From Ophelia neglecta (lineage: Eukaryota): DNA of 64,000 nt. Location: the NCBI GenBank assembly GCA_965285935.1, contig OZ260663.1, forward strand, positions 112,778,001 to 112,842,000. The letters run 5' to 3'. The notes beneath the pieces are model-generated. The model had not been told where the DNA came from and searched no databases. It saw nothing but the letters and a program-made list of their open reading frames with translations. A program made the position numbers and the translations under genes. Of the stretch, positions 49,525-62,299 are shown piece after piece; position 1 is the first letter of the stretch, and every line of letters begins with the position of its first letter.

Positions 49525-52500
49525 TTATCCGTTGTTACCCGGAATGTTTTCATAAGCGACTGGTCCGGTGGACTGCAGATGCGGCGTGGGTCGTGGAGGA
49601 CAGTGCTCCATTGGTAGATTCAGTTCACCTAAAACACAAATCTTGAATAATGGCAGGATGGGACTGATAGCCGCGAATTGTTTGCTTAACATGAACAAAC
49701 ACTAATTTAGATTACACGCGAGTGGGTTTTAATTACAGCCCCATTAAACAGATAGAACAGCGTAAATATATAATACTATATTCAGCGCCAGTAGTGGGTC
49801 CATGGATTACTGAGGAGAGACCTAGATCTAATGCCTCATACGATGGCTGAACGGTTCGTTGGTTGCTAGACTGTAGTCCAGTGGTCGGCTTCAAATCATT
49901 TCTCCTGTACCTTAAATTGAACAATTTTGATATTAAAAACTATACTTACCATTAAACGATATTGACATTTTCAATTTTTCTGTTAGTTTGTGGAATATCT
50001 CTCTACCTTATCACTATAACTGATAAAACCAGAACAATAGCCAGTGTGATAGCGTTTGCTCCAGCCAGTCCCGCTATCAACCCGGTGTTTAAGGCACTTC
50101 CTTGGCAAACACCACATGGCCCAGGTACCTCGAATGGCGATGTCGTCATCGTAGTTGAAGGGAACGATGTTTTAGGAAATGTTTTTCCAGCTAGAAGAAA
50201 ATACATAAATTATTCAGGACAAACAAGTCTTTCCTTATATGTAATTCACTGATATCTCGCCTATCGGCGTTTCACTTGGTTTAGCATGAAATATTATTAG
50301 TTGCGAGATGGTAATTAGCCCAGACTCTGAGGGGGAGAGAGTAGCGAGGACCCAAGGGAGCATTGGGATTTAGACAAGATTATTCGCTTATTTTTAACCT
50401 GATGATGTTATCACGTTGACCTCAGGGTATTTTCCGCTCCCCTCGTACACCGTGCCATCTGTATACACCCTGTACACAGACACGCCAAACTGGTATCTGG
50501 TCTCAGGCTCCAGTCCTACCACTAACACCTGATGCTTGTCTGTTGTCTGGTGTGTAATGTTCTGCTCTCGGCTCCACTGGTTGTCATTGACCTTTCTGTA
50601 GACTTGGTAGCCAATATACGGAGCCACGTTATCTGAGATGGAGTCTGAGTAATGCCATTCTAGTATAACCGTGGTCGAGCTGGCTGCTGTTCCCGTCACA
50701 CTAGTAATGGCTGTGTTAAGAACTTTATCTGAAAGAGGAAAAGAACATATGTTTGTATTTTACGATTTAGATAAATTACGGCTTTTTCGCCCCTTAAAAT
50801 GGATACAAACATTTCCGGTATTTCTGTGATTTCATGTGGTTAAGAAAGCCCACTTTTAACTATGTGTTCGAGGTCACGTTATATAACGTGCTTCCTCCTA
50901 ACTTACCTATTTGGATGTCACACCTGTCTCCCAGCCACCAAACGTCCTTGTGAACATTAGTGATTTCTTTACATCCGTCGGTACAGACCCCAGACACTCT
51001 ATTACAAGGCGAGTCACTGTCCGGTTTACAATGATCACTGCATCTGGCTTCACAACTCTTCCCATATCAACCAGATGTACAAGCTATAACATATTGACTA
51101 ATTTGATGTTATTGAATATATTATTAATATAAATGATTTTAAAACGTGTAAGGTGTCTTGACAAATTTCTGTCCTATTAACTATTGGAGATTTGATATAA
51201 GAGAGACCCACATCTTGTACAGTTCGGTAGTCTGGTTCCATTAGGACAACTACTGCAGCCATCGTAGTCGTCGCAGGTGGCCGGGGGAGGACAATAGCTG
51301 CAATCTAATAAACATACATGAAAATACATTAATTTGGAGGCAGAATGTTGGTATTGTGGGATGCCCGAGAGGGCAATGACGCAAGCCAGCCGCTCAACCT
51401 ACCATGCCAACAGGAAATGTTCACAACTTTACCAGTTAGCGCTACGGAGCAAATCGTATTATAGTAACTGGCAGAACGTTTTAAAGATAATGGCATCTTC
51501 TTTCTTTCGAGAAATGAAGCGCCCATATTTGACTATGAACTGATTATCTCTAATAACAATTCTAAACAAATGTATCTACATGTCAATAGGAATGAAAAAT
51601 GACCGCCGTGGGCGGGGGGGGGGGGGGGGGGGGTTCGAGTGTACGTGTTAAACTTTTAATTCTGTTGTATTTCTGGCTTTTCAAGTGAATTTGGAAAAGA
51701 ATAAAAATGCTCCTTTATTAACCTGGAATTTTTGTTATTTATTATCGTGTCAGGAAATCATTAGGCATAAATGAAGTCTTAAATTAAAGGCTGGTCTCAA
51801 AATTCTATAACACTGTTCAAAAACCCCCAACCTTGTACTAAAATAAACCAGTAATGAAGCCTAGGTTGCTTTCTATTACTCACCGACATATAATCTCCCA
51901 GTAACTACGAACTCACAGATAGACAAGTAGCGGATTTGATCTGGCGGAGACGTTCTCTCGCTAACATAGGCGACATATCTACCAGTCATAGTAGTTGTAC
52001 AGTTGAGAGTGAGATTCCCACCTCTGGCTACTGGGTCATGTTGCTTTACACATTCCTTACCATTTTTGATATCGGTAGTGTTACTGACAGTTATCCGAAA
52101 CTTAGACATCCTAACTACAAATGTAATAATATTGCATTGAGATCCCGATTCAAGGCCACATGAATAGCCATTAAAAAAGTTGAAATGTTGAAATATATTT
52201 ACATACCAAACACTACGTGATCCACATTAAACAGGGTTACACTGTAGATCACGTGGGCAGTTCCCAGGTCCACATACCACCAGGCGGCGCTGGGGTCACT
52301 GGAGGATAGGTTACCGGGATGAGCACAATGATTTAGGTCAGGATTTGTGTCACCGTCGACAGCCAAACCAGCTGTTGCCGGTCTACTCCCACGTAATAGC
52401 CAAGTCCCTTTCTGGTAGGCATTCTGACGGAAGGCGACGTTACCTGGAATAGTGATTCCACAAGTGAGATGAGAAAAGAAGCTTTTTATATTAATCACAC

Positions 52501-55500
52501 ACCATACATACCTGATTAGTTAGGGCTTTTCGTTTCATCAATGTATCGATTAATCGAATCGCTTGGCTTCCAGCTATTTATATGAATACGATAAGCTATA
52601 TTTCCGATAGTTTGTAAGTAATACATAGCCTCTTTGTTATGCAAACCTAGATATCTGGGTTCAATAGCTGAAAGCGTCACCACTTGATGCATATCAGCTA
52701 ATCAACAATGGTATCTGTTTGTTTGTTAAACTACTTAGCCCGTCAATCTAACCTTTTATTTAAAGAATTTTCTGTCTGAAAAATACATAGCCTCTTTGAT
52801 ATGCAAACCCAGATCTCTTGGTTCAATAGCTGAAAGCGTCACCACTTGATGCATATCAGCTAATCAACAATGGTATCTGTGTGTTTGTTAAACTACTTAG
52901 CCCGTCAATCCAACCTTTTATTTAAAGAATTTTCTGTCTGAAAAATCTCTGAATATCAGTCAGTATATATAAAGCCACAGACAAGAGAACGGCTAGTAAA
53001 TGTAATTTGATGGAAATTGCTGTCTACCCCGGATTGGCCATTGATCACGAACTGATCAGAAGTCAAATCCCGTGCACCACACAATTCATGTATCCTCTAT
53101 TGCCTTTACCGTAACAGCCCTACTGTTTATTTAATTTGTAATTACATGTATTAGCTACATTGTATAAATACAGAGCTTTACGACCAGACGGCTCACATCA
53201 CAATCTCTTACCAATCCGACATCCATGTCCGTGCCATCTGTGTTCTTTGCCACGGGGTTCGCCATCTAAACAAGAACCGTTATTAAGACATGTCCCGTTA
53301 TCAGGGTCACAGCCGTCGGAACATCTACAGGAGAACGCCGCGCCCTGGGTGACGTCACCATAGCGATCTACAGCTAGGACAAAAATAATATCTTGGTATG
53401 ATACTCTATATTATGGCCACCCTAGAGCATATTTCTTCTCTGTCCTACGTTATATTTATGTTAACCCCCCCCCCCCCTCCTCAAAGACACCCCCAATCCC
53501 AAACATAACCATCCTAGCCAGCCCCTACAGTCAGGTTTTCTTTCCCCTCAGAGACGCAACAACGAAATTATTAACATTAGTCTGTCACTGCAAGGCACAA
53601 GATAATATAATCTCCAGCACGAGGCTGGCGAGACTACTAGCGAGAGTGTCATTTGACCTTATGATTAAGCAACTTACAGCAGAACATGCGGAGTGTAAAT
53701 AAATCCGAGGCTCAGAATGTCGCATCTTAATATGTTAATATAAATATATTACCAATCGCGTCCCTGGAATCGGAGCAAACAAGTTCAGACTGAAAACGAA
53801 AATAAAAACAAGAAGCAAGTACCCAATCAAATAACTAAGCTTACAAAGCTGGTCCGTCCTTAATCTTGTCTTGACAATAAATAACTTTAACAAGGGTGCG
53901 CTGTGGTTGCCGAAATTCGTCATCAATGCCTTAAACTACCTCCCACAAGAAGAGTTCTGATCAAGGCTAACTTCAAAATAAACAGGGCAAGGATGCACAG
54001 AACACCCTGCACCATACTGCTATTAATGATTAGCCAGCACTATTAACCCTTGCTGAATTAAATATGCCAGTAATGCAGAAATCATTTTATACAATATAAT
54101 AAAATAATAAACGGTATTATGTATGTAAAATATAATAAATTCTGACTCTCACTGTTGCCGTGAAAAATTGGCAGTAACAGCCACGTTATGATGTTTCCTA
54201 CTCTTAAGAACAACACTGCTGCATGGCTTCATGCACTGATCTGCAACGCATTTATAGGCCTACAGGTTTTTTCGAAAAATATACATATAATTTGTATATA
54301 TTTATGTGTAGGTGTGTGGCAAAAGACGATGCCTCTATTAATTTATTATATTTATCCCAGTACTAAGAACATTCGGGAGCAGCAGTGTCTTTATCAAGGC
54401 CAGTCTGTTTTTTCATTACCTTCGTACATCAGATGAAGATCAGTGCAAATATCATATTAGGTACTTGCAGTAACAGGTCCTTATTTACAGGTATTGGGAA
54501 GGAATGTGTGGATCATGTGGCCCAAATACAGGTTACGACCTAGTCGATCTATTTACTGCTCTTACTATCCACACCCTCTTGACGGTAGGGACAGTCAGTA
54601 GTTATTTTAACCAGTCCAACGTTATTTATATTTTAAGAGAATGTTTATTATTTAAGGATCGCCTGAATGACTGATGTTATATTCCCCAGCTACTGTATGG
54701 TAAACACTCAAGTTAACTGAACCATACCATCCCTGGCCTGACGTTAATAAGACGCCTTCCCCTGTTATCTGTTTACTTTTACTGTAAATCAGAACTGCTG
54801 CGCGTGTAGAGAAATGTCCTTCACGACATTTTACTTCTAAAACACATTTTCCAGTTGTTCAAATGTAATTGGTTTACAGTATATTTTAGGGCAATCGTCA
54901 CGCATCTCCCATTCTATTACGTTAATGTACATAAAATAAGAACACGTCAATTCAAGTATGTTTATCTTAGCTCCACCTCCAGGTTAGATTTTCTAAAGTC
55001 GCATTTCTCAATGTGTAGTCGTCACTTTCATTGGTTGGATATTTATAACCAAAAATTAGGAATATAAAGTGTCACTGATGCAAAAATATTTGAACACAAG
55101 AGTCAGATCAACTGTATGGAAATGACCTACATATTATGATGACGATTAGACATGTACGTATCGCCTGACATTATAAGGTGCATATGATGTATTATTATTC
55201 AACTGACAAAATAGAATACACACATTGCATATATACGTCAGTACCAGCTGTCAGATCATTTATATATATTGACAGCTCCTCCCGGATGATGTTGCCATAA
55301 CGGTTTACAGCTAAGGCCAGTACGTATTATATACTGGACAAACAAGTCAAATAATAACTAAAATCCTTAAGTCTGCAGTACCTCTTGAATAGTTTAAGTC
55401 AGAGAACAATATATCAAGACAATCATCTCTCACTTCCCTTCAGAGATCTTAAACAACAGTTATATATTTCTTGAGACAGTGTCTTCTCAAGACCGTGATG

Positions 55501-56685
55501 CACAGTTTATTGACTTAACTAAAGATTGTCAATCCTTATCATGAATTTAGTTGACAATTAATACTAGTGTTCCCCGATTATTGAGGTGCTAAATATGGGC
55601 GAACTCCTAAGATCAATATCTATAATAAGATGTTAGATTTCAAGTTTGGTTCCACCCCTCTTGTGTGTGTTGAAATGAATGTTTTAGCAGTAAAGTAAAG
55701 AAGAGTACACAATCTATCGGGGCCATTTCTAGTGAGTACATATTCCTCCTATCTGCCTTTATTTAGCCGTTCTATGGGTACAAGCCATCTCAACATACAA
55801 GTTTATTGACAGCCGACTGTCAGCCCGGGCCACACACCAAGTTTTTGTACACTTTGTTGATCACAGGTTATAAGTCAACCCCCAATTTAGGTAAGTACCT
55901 TTACGAATTTAAAGGCGGTCTTAAGAAACTTTAAATCCTTTGGCTTGTTGGTAAATTACAATATTTAAAACTCCCGTATAATATACAAACATACCGGCCC
56001 AGTTTACCAGTCATTGGTTTTAAAGGTAAACGGAATATACATATTATTAATCGAGATTGGAATTTCCGCTTCAAACTAATCTTAAACAATCTAACGAGAC
56101 GCTGCTAGTTACCGGGCCCTTATCATTAGTGTTTAAACATTTCAACAGGCAATTCAGTAACATAGACATTTCAGGATGTCATCTTAGGTGGACAGCACGA
56201 ATCTAAGTGCATCCAATTATCAGCATCAGACAGGCATGTGAATACTGGGGATATAAAAGCCAGGTAAATCAACAGCACAACGGCCCTCTTGTCGGGTAGC
56301 CTTAAAACTAACTGTCTTCCTGTTGTAGAGGTCAAGAAACGAGATTATTAGACACCAGATGGCGGCTGTCTGACACCATATGACACCTTACAGACACCCG
56401 ACGGCCCCTAACAGGCCCCAGATGGCAGATACAATACACCATACCATATGGATGCTAACACACATGGGTTAGTGTGTACATAGTGAGGGAGTGATATGTC
56501 CATTATGATTAAACACCCTACAGCCGAAATCTCACAGATTATCTAGGGCGCCCGAGACAGGACATGTTCAGGATATGTTAAACTAAATGTAAAAAGAAAC
56601 TATTCAACACATTACCCATCACAGCTGTGAGAACGCAGGATATCACCAGAATACTATACACAGCTACCGTGAATAGCGTAGCCAT
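49525..56685 (-). pseudogene. Receptor paralog 3: SP, EGF-like, F-lectin, Cys-rich x2, FN3, TM, short Tyr-motif tail; one nonsense codon
   Basis: Exons 56616-56685, 53212-53367, 52207-52443, 51884-52114, 51212-51304, 50907-51083 (TGG>TGA at 51067-51069), 50399-50728, 50007-50190, 49777-49910, 49525-49628. All splice sites and phases intact. Confidence 0.85.
52621..52945. repeat. Tandem duplication of about 162 bp in an intron
   Basis: atacatagcctctttg... at 52621 and about 52783. Confidence 0.8.
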
Positions 56686-58540
56686 CTTTAAGGATCTCGG
56701 GCGGAACTGAACGGCTGGTGTAATATTCTCAACCTATTAAACTTCCTTAATGCATATCAGTGCGACTCTAAAGCTAGCAGCACGCCTTAACTTGTTGTCG
56801 GGGTAGCTCTACCGCTTGTCACGGATATTTCGCGTGCGCTGTATTCTTTATAGCATGTACCTACAAAGACATATTTGCGCGCAAATAGTTTTTTGGCTAC
56901 AATATATCGTAGGGCAGCAGTCAAACCGGATAGATTTGGGGATTTCTTTTCTATAACGCAATGATAGCTTTTTTGAGAATATTCAAAGAGATGGGTGGCT
57001 TTTTGAGGATTTTATAATGACCTGCATTTTCAACCCTGCACGGAGAAAGAGAAATCGCAACATGGCATTTCCTACCCGGGTCCTCCGGGCAAAAAACATA
57101 TTTCTTGAAAATTCTTTTTTTCGGTGTTACATAACACTTCAAATCCACATGTTCAAGGGTGCAATGCAGATTAAACATCATAATAATAACCCCAGGACGC
57201 CAGTAACAGCCGAGGCCGTCGTCACTGCACGTCCTGCAATATATATACCTAGATTCATGATACACCGAGGAAATGAAAAAATAGACTAATATAATAATTA
57301 GTATAAGTAAATCTGCTATCCCAAAGGGGTCGGCCAGCGTTTCAGAATCATTATGATTGATAGACAAATGTGAGTTTCTCCTGGCGGAGTAGGCAGATAC
57401 GACAAAAGTAACGTAATAAAATGTACACAATCTATCGGGGCCATTTATAGTGACAACCTATTCCTCCTATTTGCCTCTTTAAAGCAGCATTATGAGTACA
57501 AGCCATCTCAATAAACATGTATATTGACAGCCGACCGTCATTACGGGCCTCACACCGAGTTATTGTATACTTTGTTGATCAAAGGTTATAAGACATATTC
57601 CCATTTATATTAATATTCAACGCGGATTCAAAGGCGGACTTACGAAGCTTAAAATCATTTGGTTTCGTGGCAAATATGTTTGCAATTACAAGATATAAAT
57701 ATTCCGTATTATAAACAAACATACCGGGTTTTGTAATTTCCGCTTCAAACCTGTCTTAAACAATCTCATGGGAAGCTGCTAGATACCTGGGAGGCAATAG
57801 CATTAGTGCTCACATATTACCATAAGCAATTCAATAGGATAGGCATGTCAGAAAGTCACCTCAGGTGGACAGCACCAAGCTAAGTACATCCAATCATCAG
57901 ACAAAGAGGCTTGTGAATATTAAGGAGATAAATGCCAGATTAACCTATGACACAATTTACAACAGAGATAACTTTCTTACTATTGACTGTCTGTTTTGGG
58001 CGGCCTGATGTAGAGGTCAAGAAACGAGATTATTGGAGAGCAGATAGCGGCTGTCTAACACCATATGACACCTTACAGACACCCGACGGTCCCTAGTGAG
58101 GGTGCGATATGACCATTATAATTAAACACCCTTCAGTAAAACTCTTACAGATTATCAAGGACTGAATAAACTACACGGACACCGCCCGAAACAGAACATT
58201 TTCAGGATAAGGCAAATTATTATGTAAAGAAAAACTATTCAACGTTACCCATCACAGCTCTGAGAATGCAGGATATCACCAGAATATTGTACACGGCTAT
58301 CGTTAATAGCGTAGCCATCTTCAAGGGTCCCAGACGTTACTAAATTGCTGGTGTGATATTCCCCAGCTATTTAACTTCCTTAAAGCATGTCAGTGCGCCT
58401 CTCGAGCTAGCAGCACGCCTTAACTTGTTGTGTTGTCGGGGTAGCTCTACCGCTTATCACGGATGTTTCGTGTGCAGTAACATATTCTTTATGTACCTAC
58501 AATTATTTTGGCTACAGTATATTGTAGGGCAGCAGTCATA
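55705..58540 (-). repeat. Two tandem copies of the promoter, leader exon and first-intron block
   Basis: 55705-56920 and 57421-58540, each with a 70-nt signal-peptide exon. Confidence 0.8.
58249..58318 (-). CDS. Extra signal-peptide exon (MATLLTIAVYNILVISCILRAVM)
   Basis: ATG, hydrophobic peptide, phase-1 donor GTAACG; paralog of 18711-18780. Confidence 0.7.
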
Positions 58541-60709
58541 CATCACTGCATTTTATTCGTTAGTCTTTATAAAAAGAGAAAACATTAAATACAAATATTT
58601 TTATCAGTGGCGCGACTTTAAGGCTCTGCGGACTGAAGTCTTGGATCCCAGTGTACAGCTTTGTTTCTACTTCCGCCGCATATTTCTAAAGATTATTCCA
58701 ATTTTCTTTTATTAATAGGGAAGGGGCTTTGATGTTAAATGATCACCGCCGTGCGGGGGGGGGGGGTTAGTATCCCTACGTATCCCCATCCCTGCCGCAC
58801 CTGCCCTCTCTCTTTCACCCCTGACCCTGAGTTCCTTTCCCCCTTTCCACCCTCTCTTTCCTATCCTTCACTCCTGCCCCACTCTATTCCTGTCCCTCAT
58901 CTAACCCTAACCCTATCCCAATCCCCTCCTCCCTGCCAATCCTGCCCCACTCCCTTCTTGTCTGCCCCTCTTTTCCACTATTACCCTAAACTTTTACTTT
59001 AATTTCTGTTCCCACCTCCTACCACCCCCTCAACCCTTGGTGCCTTCCACCCAACCCCCATACTGAATCAGCACCTGATAATATGCGCTCACTTGCAACG
59101 AACTTTTGATCTCTTAACACATACAGCATTTTTGGAAAGTGGAATGGCAGTCAATTTTATTTTGACAGTCTCTCCTAAAATACTTTTTTTTTCCTTTTCA
59201 CCTACGATTGTATGGCAAACTAGACAGGACAATATAATGTAAGGCTTACATGACTAGTAACCAAGATGCTTGAGTCTCGCACACAAACACTACGCCACGG
59301 ATATGTACGCTCCACTGCACTCACATTGACAGTAGAGCAGTCTGGGCCTATGTACATTACGTCAGCTAAACCTGGTCGATCTGACCTATGGTCGACAACA
59401 AACGACAGTTTGAGAGGGTTGAAAACGTGGTAAGGAGACAAAGCGAATTTTAGTTCGCCCTTCAAAAAATTGCGTAGTATTTTTACTATCTATCTATGAG
59501 TGCTAGGAAACAATTTGCTAAAGTACGCGGAGCGATAATAAAGCAGAAAAGGATAGTTCGTGTCAGTTCGAGATGCTTCTGCTATTAATATAGTAGATTA
59601 TTTTTTCACTTTATAGGCATGTGCCGCTAAAACCCGTACAACTTTCACTTGCGTTCTACAATAAATGATCAAGTAAGTTAATGCACTACATTCAGAATCC
59701 GAATATGGGTGAAAAAATAAGAAAGTTATTTAGCACCAATGATAAAACGTTGAGAAATAGCTGTATATACAGAGCGGCAAAAAGAAAGTATTCACTGGTC
59801 ACTGAGAGCAGGTCCTAGAGTCATTAAATTTCACCGACACCGGAGCAAGGATATGCGCCCCCCCCCCCTCGGTCTTGACCCGGGATTGCTAGAAAGGATG
59901 GTAAATGAGGCATTAGTTGATGTCGAACTATTACATCGATGACACTTTGTGAACTTTACCCTATCAATAAACTAATGTAGGCCTGTGCGTTGGGGGCAAT
60001 ATATTATGCGATTGGCTGGGATGTTCCGTGGTACGCAAGGGAGTTGGGTGTGAAAAACCATGCCCAATGTAGCTGATATTTTCCATGAAAAGAGTTTAAG
60101 AACACCCAATGTACCTGATTTTTCTCGTAGGCATATATTAAGCATCTCGAATGGTGATATCATATAAGTATTTCAAGAGGGAGTAGGTTTGACAAGAGCG
60201 AGTTTGACCAAATTAAGCCGGTCCATAATGATAGTATACCCCAATGTAGATTTTTATGTTAAAAAAAGAGGCTTTACAGCAGTACCTTCTTAACCCCACC
60301 ATATATGGGAGTCACCCCTCCCCCCCTATATGTGGAGACCTGTAACTGTGTCTACTGGAGCATTGCAGTACACCTCTAGCCCAACACAACACCACATTAA
60401 GCGGCTATTGAGGGATAAGTTCAGTAAAGAACCGCTGGTGTAATCATGTTTACACAGGTTATTGCTTAGTGTACTGGTTGTGTGCTAAAATCAATATCTA
60501 ATATAATATATATGTATTCTTACAGAAATGAGAGATTCTGGTTATAAGATTGACGTGGTAGGGTTGTAGTATTATAACATCCAATGACGATTGACTAAGC
60601 TACGAGTCGGAATCATGTGCCTGGGTCAAACAAAGCAGACATCCTTGAGTCTTAATCACACTATTTCATAATTTGGCACTGCTAATAATCCTACAAACCT
60701 GAAGTTTGT

Positions 60710-60883
60710 CAGTGGCGGATCCAGGATTTCAGGAAGGGGGGGGGCAAAATTTTCCAAGGCTGGCAAGGCAAATGTCTGGATTGTCCCCGTTACCAACTCT
60801 CTGAAAGCACCTTGCATGGGTCCAGAAATAGGCCCTGGTCCAGGCCCACTTTTTGGCAAAAAAAAAATAAAAATCCGCCACTG
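60710..60883. mobile_element. Small MITE
   Basis: 11-bp TIR cagtggcggat / atccgccactg. Confidence 0.55.
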
Positions 60884-61197
60884 TTTGCGGTTTCATAAAA
60901 AAAAATTCTAAGCTTTTCATCCTGAATTTTGCTTTGGTAGTACTGTATGAGCACCTGACAAGAAAGGTCAACATTTTCAAACACCACAAGGTATTTTATC
61001 AAAACTCATACCATTTCATTATTGGTGGTCCAAGTCCATGTCACAGATTAGAAATTAGTAGCAAGATGTAGCAAGGTTATGCCCTTTCAGAACATATATA
61101 GTTTAGGCATATAGGGTTCACCATGATTCTTTTAATGGTAGTCAAAGGGTTGAGCCTTTAGAATATAATGCCCAACGCTTTTCCAGTGTGTGTGTGT

Positions 61198-61228
<31 letters not shown>

Positions 61229-61436
61229 GCTACAGCCTTCAGCAAATGATATTTTCTCTTGTTTCTGACCATTAAAGTTGCATATAACTTCATCAGGAAG
61301 CCAATATCTGTATAGAATCGTACTGGGAGCATCAGTCTACTGTCCCAGGTTACAGTCGAGCTTCACCTGGCTGAGGGCATATACAGATCCAGGTTTTATA
61401 CCTAAAGTCTATAATTCCATTTTCCCAAACTTTCAG

Positions 61437-62299
61437 GTGCAAAGAAAGGAGCTCCAGTTCCAGCAAAGGGTAAACCAGGTCCCAAAAAGGAGGTGGCGCC
61501 GGCGGTGCCCAAGTGGACCCCCCAAGATGAGGCCGCCCGGAAAATACAAACAGGCATTCGGGGCTTCCTGGCCCGCAAGGCACTGGAAAAACAGAAAAAG
61601 GAGAAAGAGGAGTACGAGGCCCTGATGGACAGACTGGAGAAAGAGGTTAGAATCTCCTTATACATGGAGGGAGGGCTGATACAGGGGGGGGGGGGGTAAG
61701 GGGGGAGGGGGGGGGGGGGGGGCTTGGTCTCTAGGAGGGAGAGGACTATGGGGCCCTGATGGACAGACTGGGGAAAAAGGTAAGAATCTCCTTAAACATG
61801 GAGGAGGCTGATTCAGGGGGGTAAGGGGGGGGGGCTTTGTCTCTAGGAGGGGGAGGAATATGAGGCCTTGATGGATAGACTGGAGAAAGAGGTAAGAATC
61901 TCCTTAAACATGGAGGGGGCTGATACAGGGGGATAAGGGGGGGGGGGGCTTGGTCTCTAGGAGGGAGAGGACTATGAGGCCCTAATGGACAGACTGGGGA
62001 AAGAGCTTCAAATCAATTTAAACACTGGGGGGCTTATCCAATGGGGGGAGGGGGTATGGTCATTAACAGCCCCCCTCCCCCTTCTCCTCCCTCCCCTCTA
62101 GTTGTACATGTATATTTGTTTCTATCATTAACAGGCCTTTGTACACCTGGTGAAGCTGGAGCAGGAGGTGGCAGAGAAGCAGAGACTGAAGGAGGAAGAA
62201 GAGAGGAGGAGGAAGAAGGAAGAAGCAAAGAGGAAAAAAATAGTCCTAGAAGCGGCGTTTGACGGGGACATTAATGAAATCCAAAACGTCCTTAGGGAG
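61437..62299 (+). CDS. IQANK1: IQ motif and ankyrin repeat domain-containing protein 1-like, two internal exons (61437-61645, 62135-62299); gene continues beyond the window
   Basis: IQ motif AARKIQTGIRGFLARK, coiled coil, then LEAAFDGDINEIQNVLRE resembling the IQANK1 LDAAFDGD..EI.AVLKE segment (recalled, not searched). GT-AG boundaries in frame. Confidence 0.8.
61646..62005 (+). repeat. Three tandem copies, about 112-134 bp, of the exon 3' end plus intron start
   Basis: gaggactatg...ctgatggacagactgg..aaagag at 61735, 61847 and 61961. Confidence 0.88.

Noticed and set aside
57170-57240. Possible exon between the two leader exons
   Set aside because: The Cys-containing reading is phase-incompatible with the leader, the donor is weak, and there is no counterpart in the other copies.
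59498-59511. RFX X-box-like site upstream of IQANK1
   Set aside because: Only one half-site matches and the first exon could not be located.
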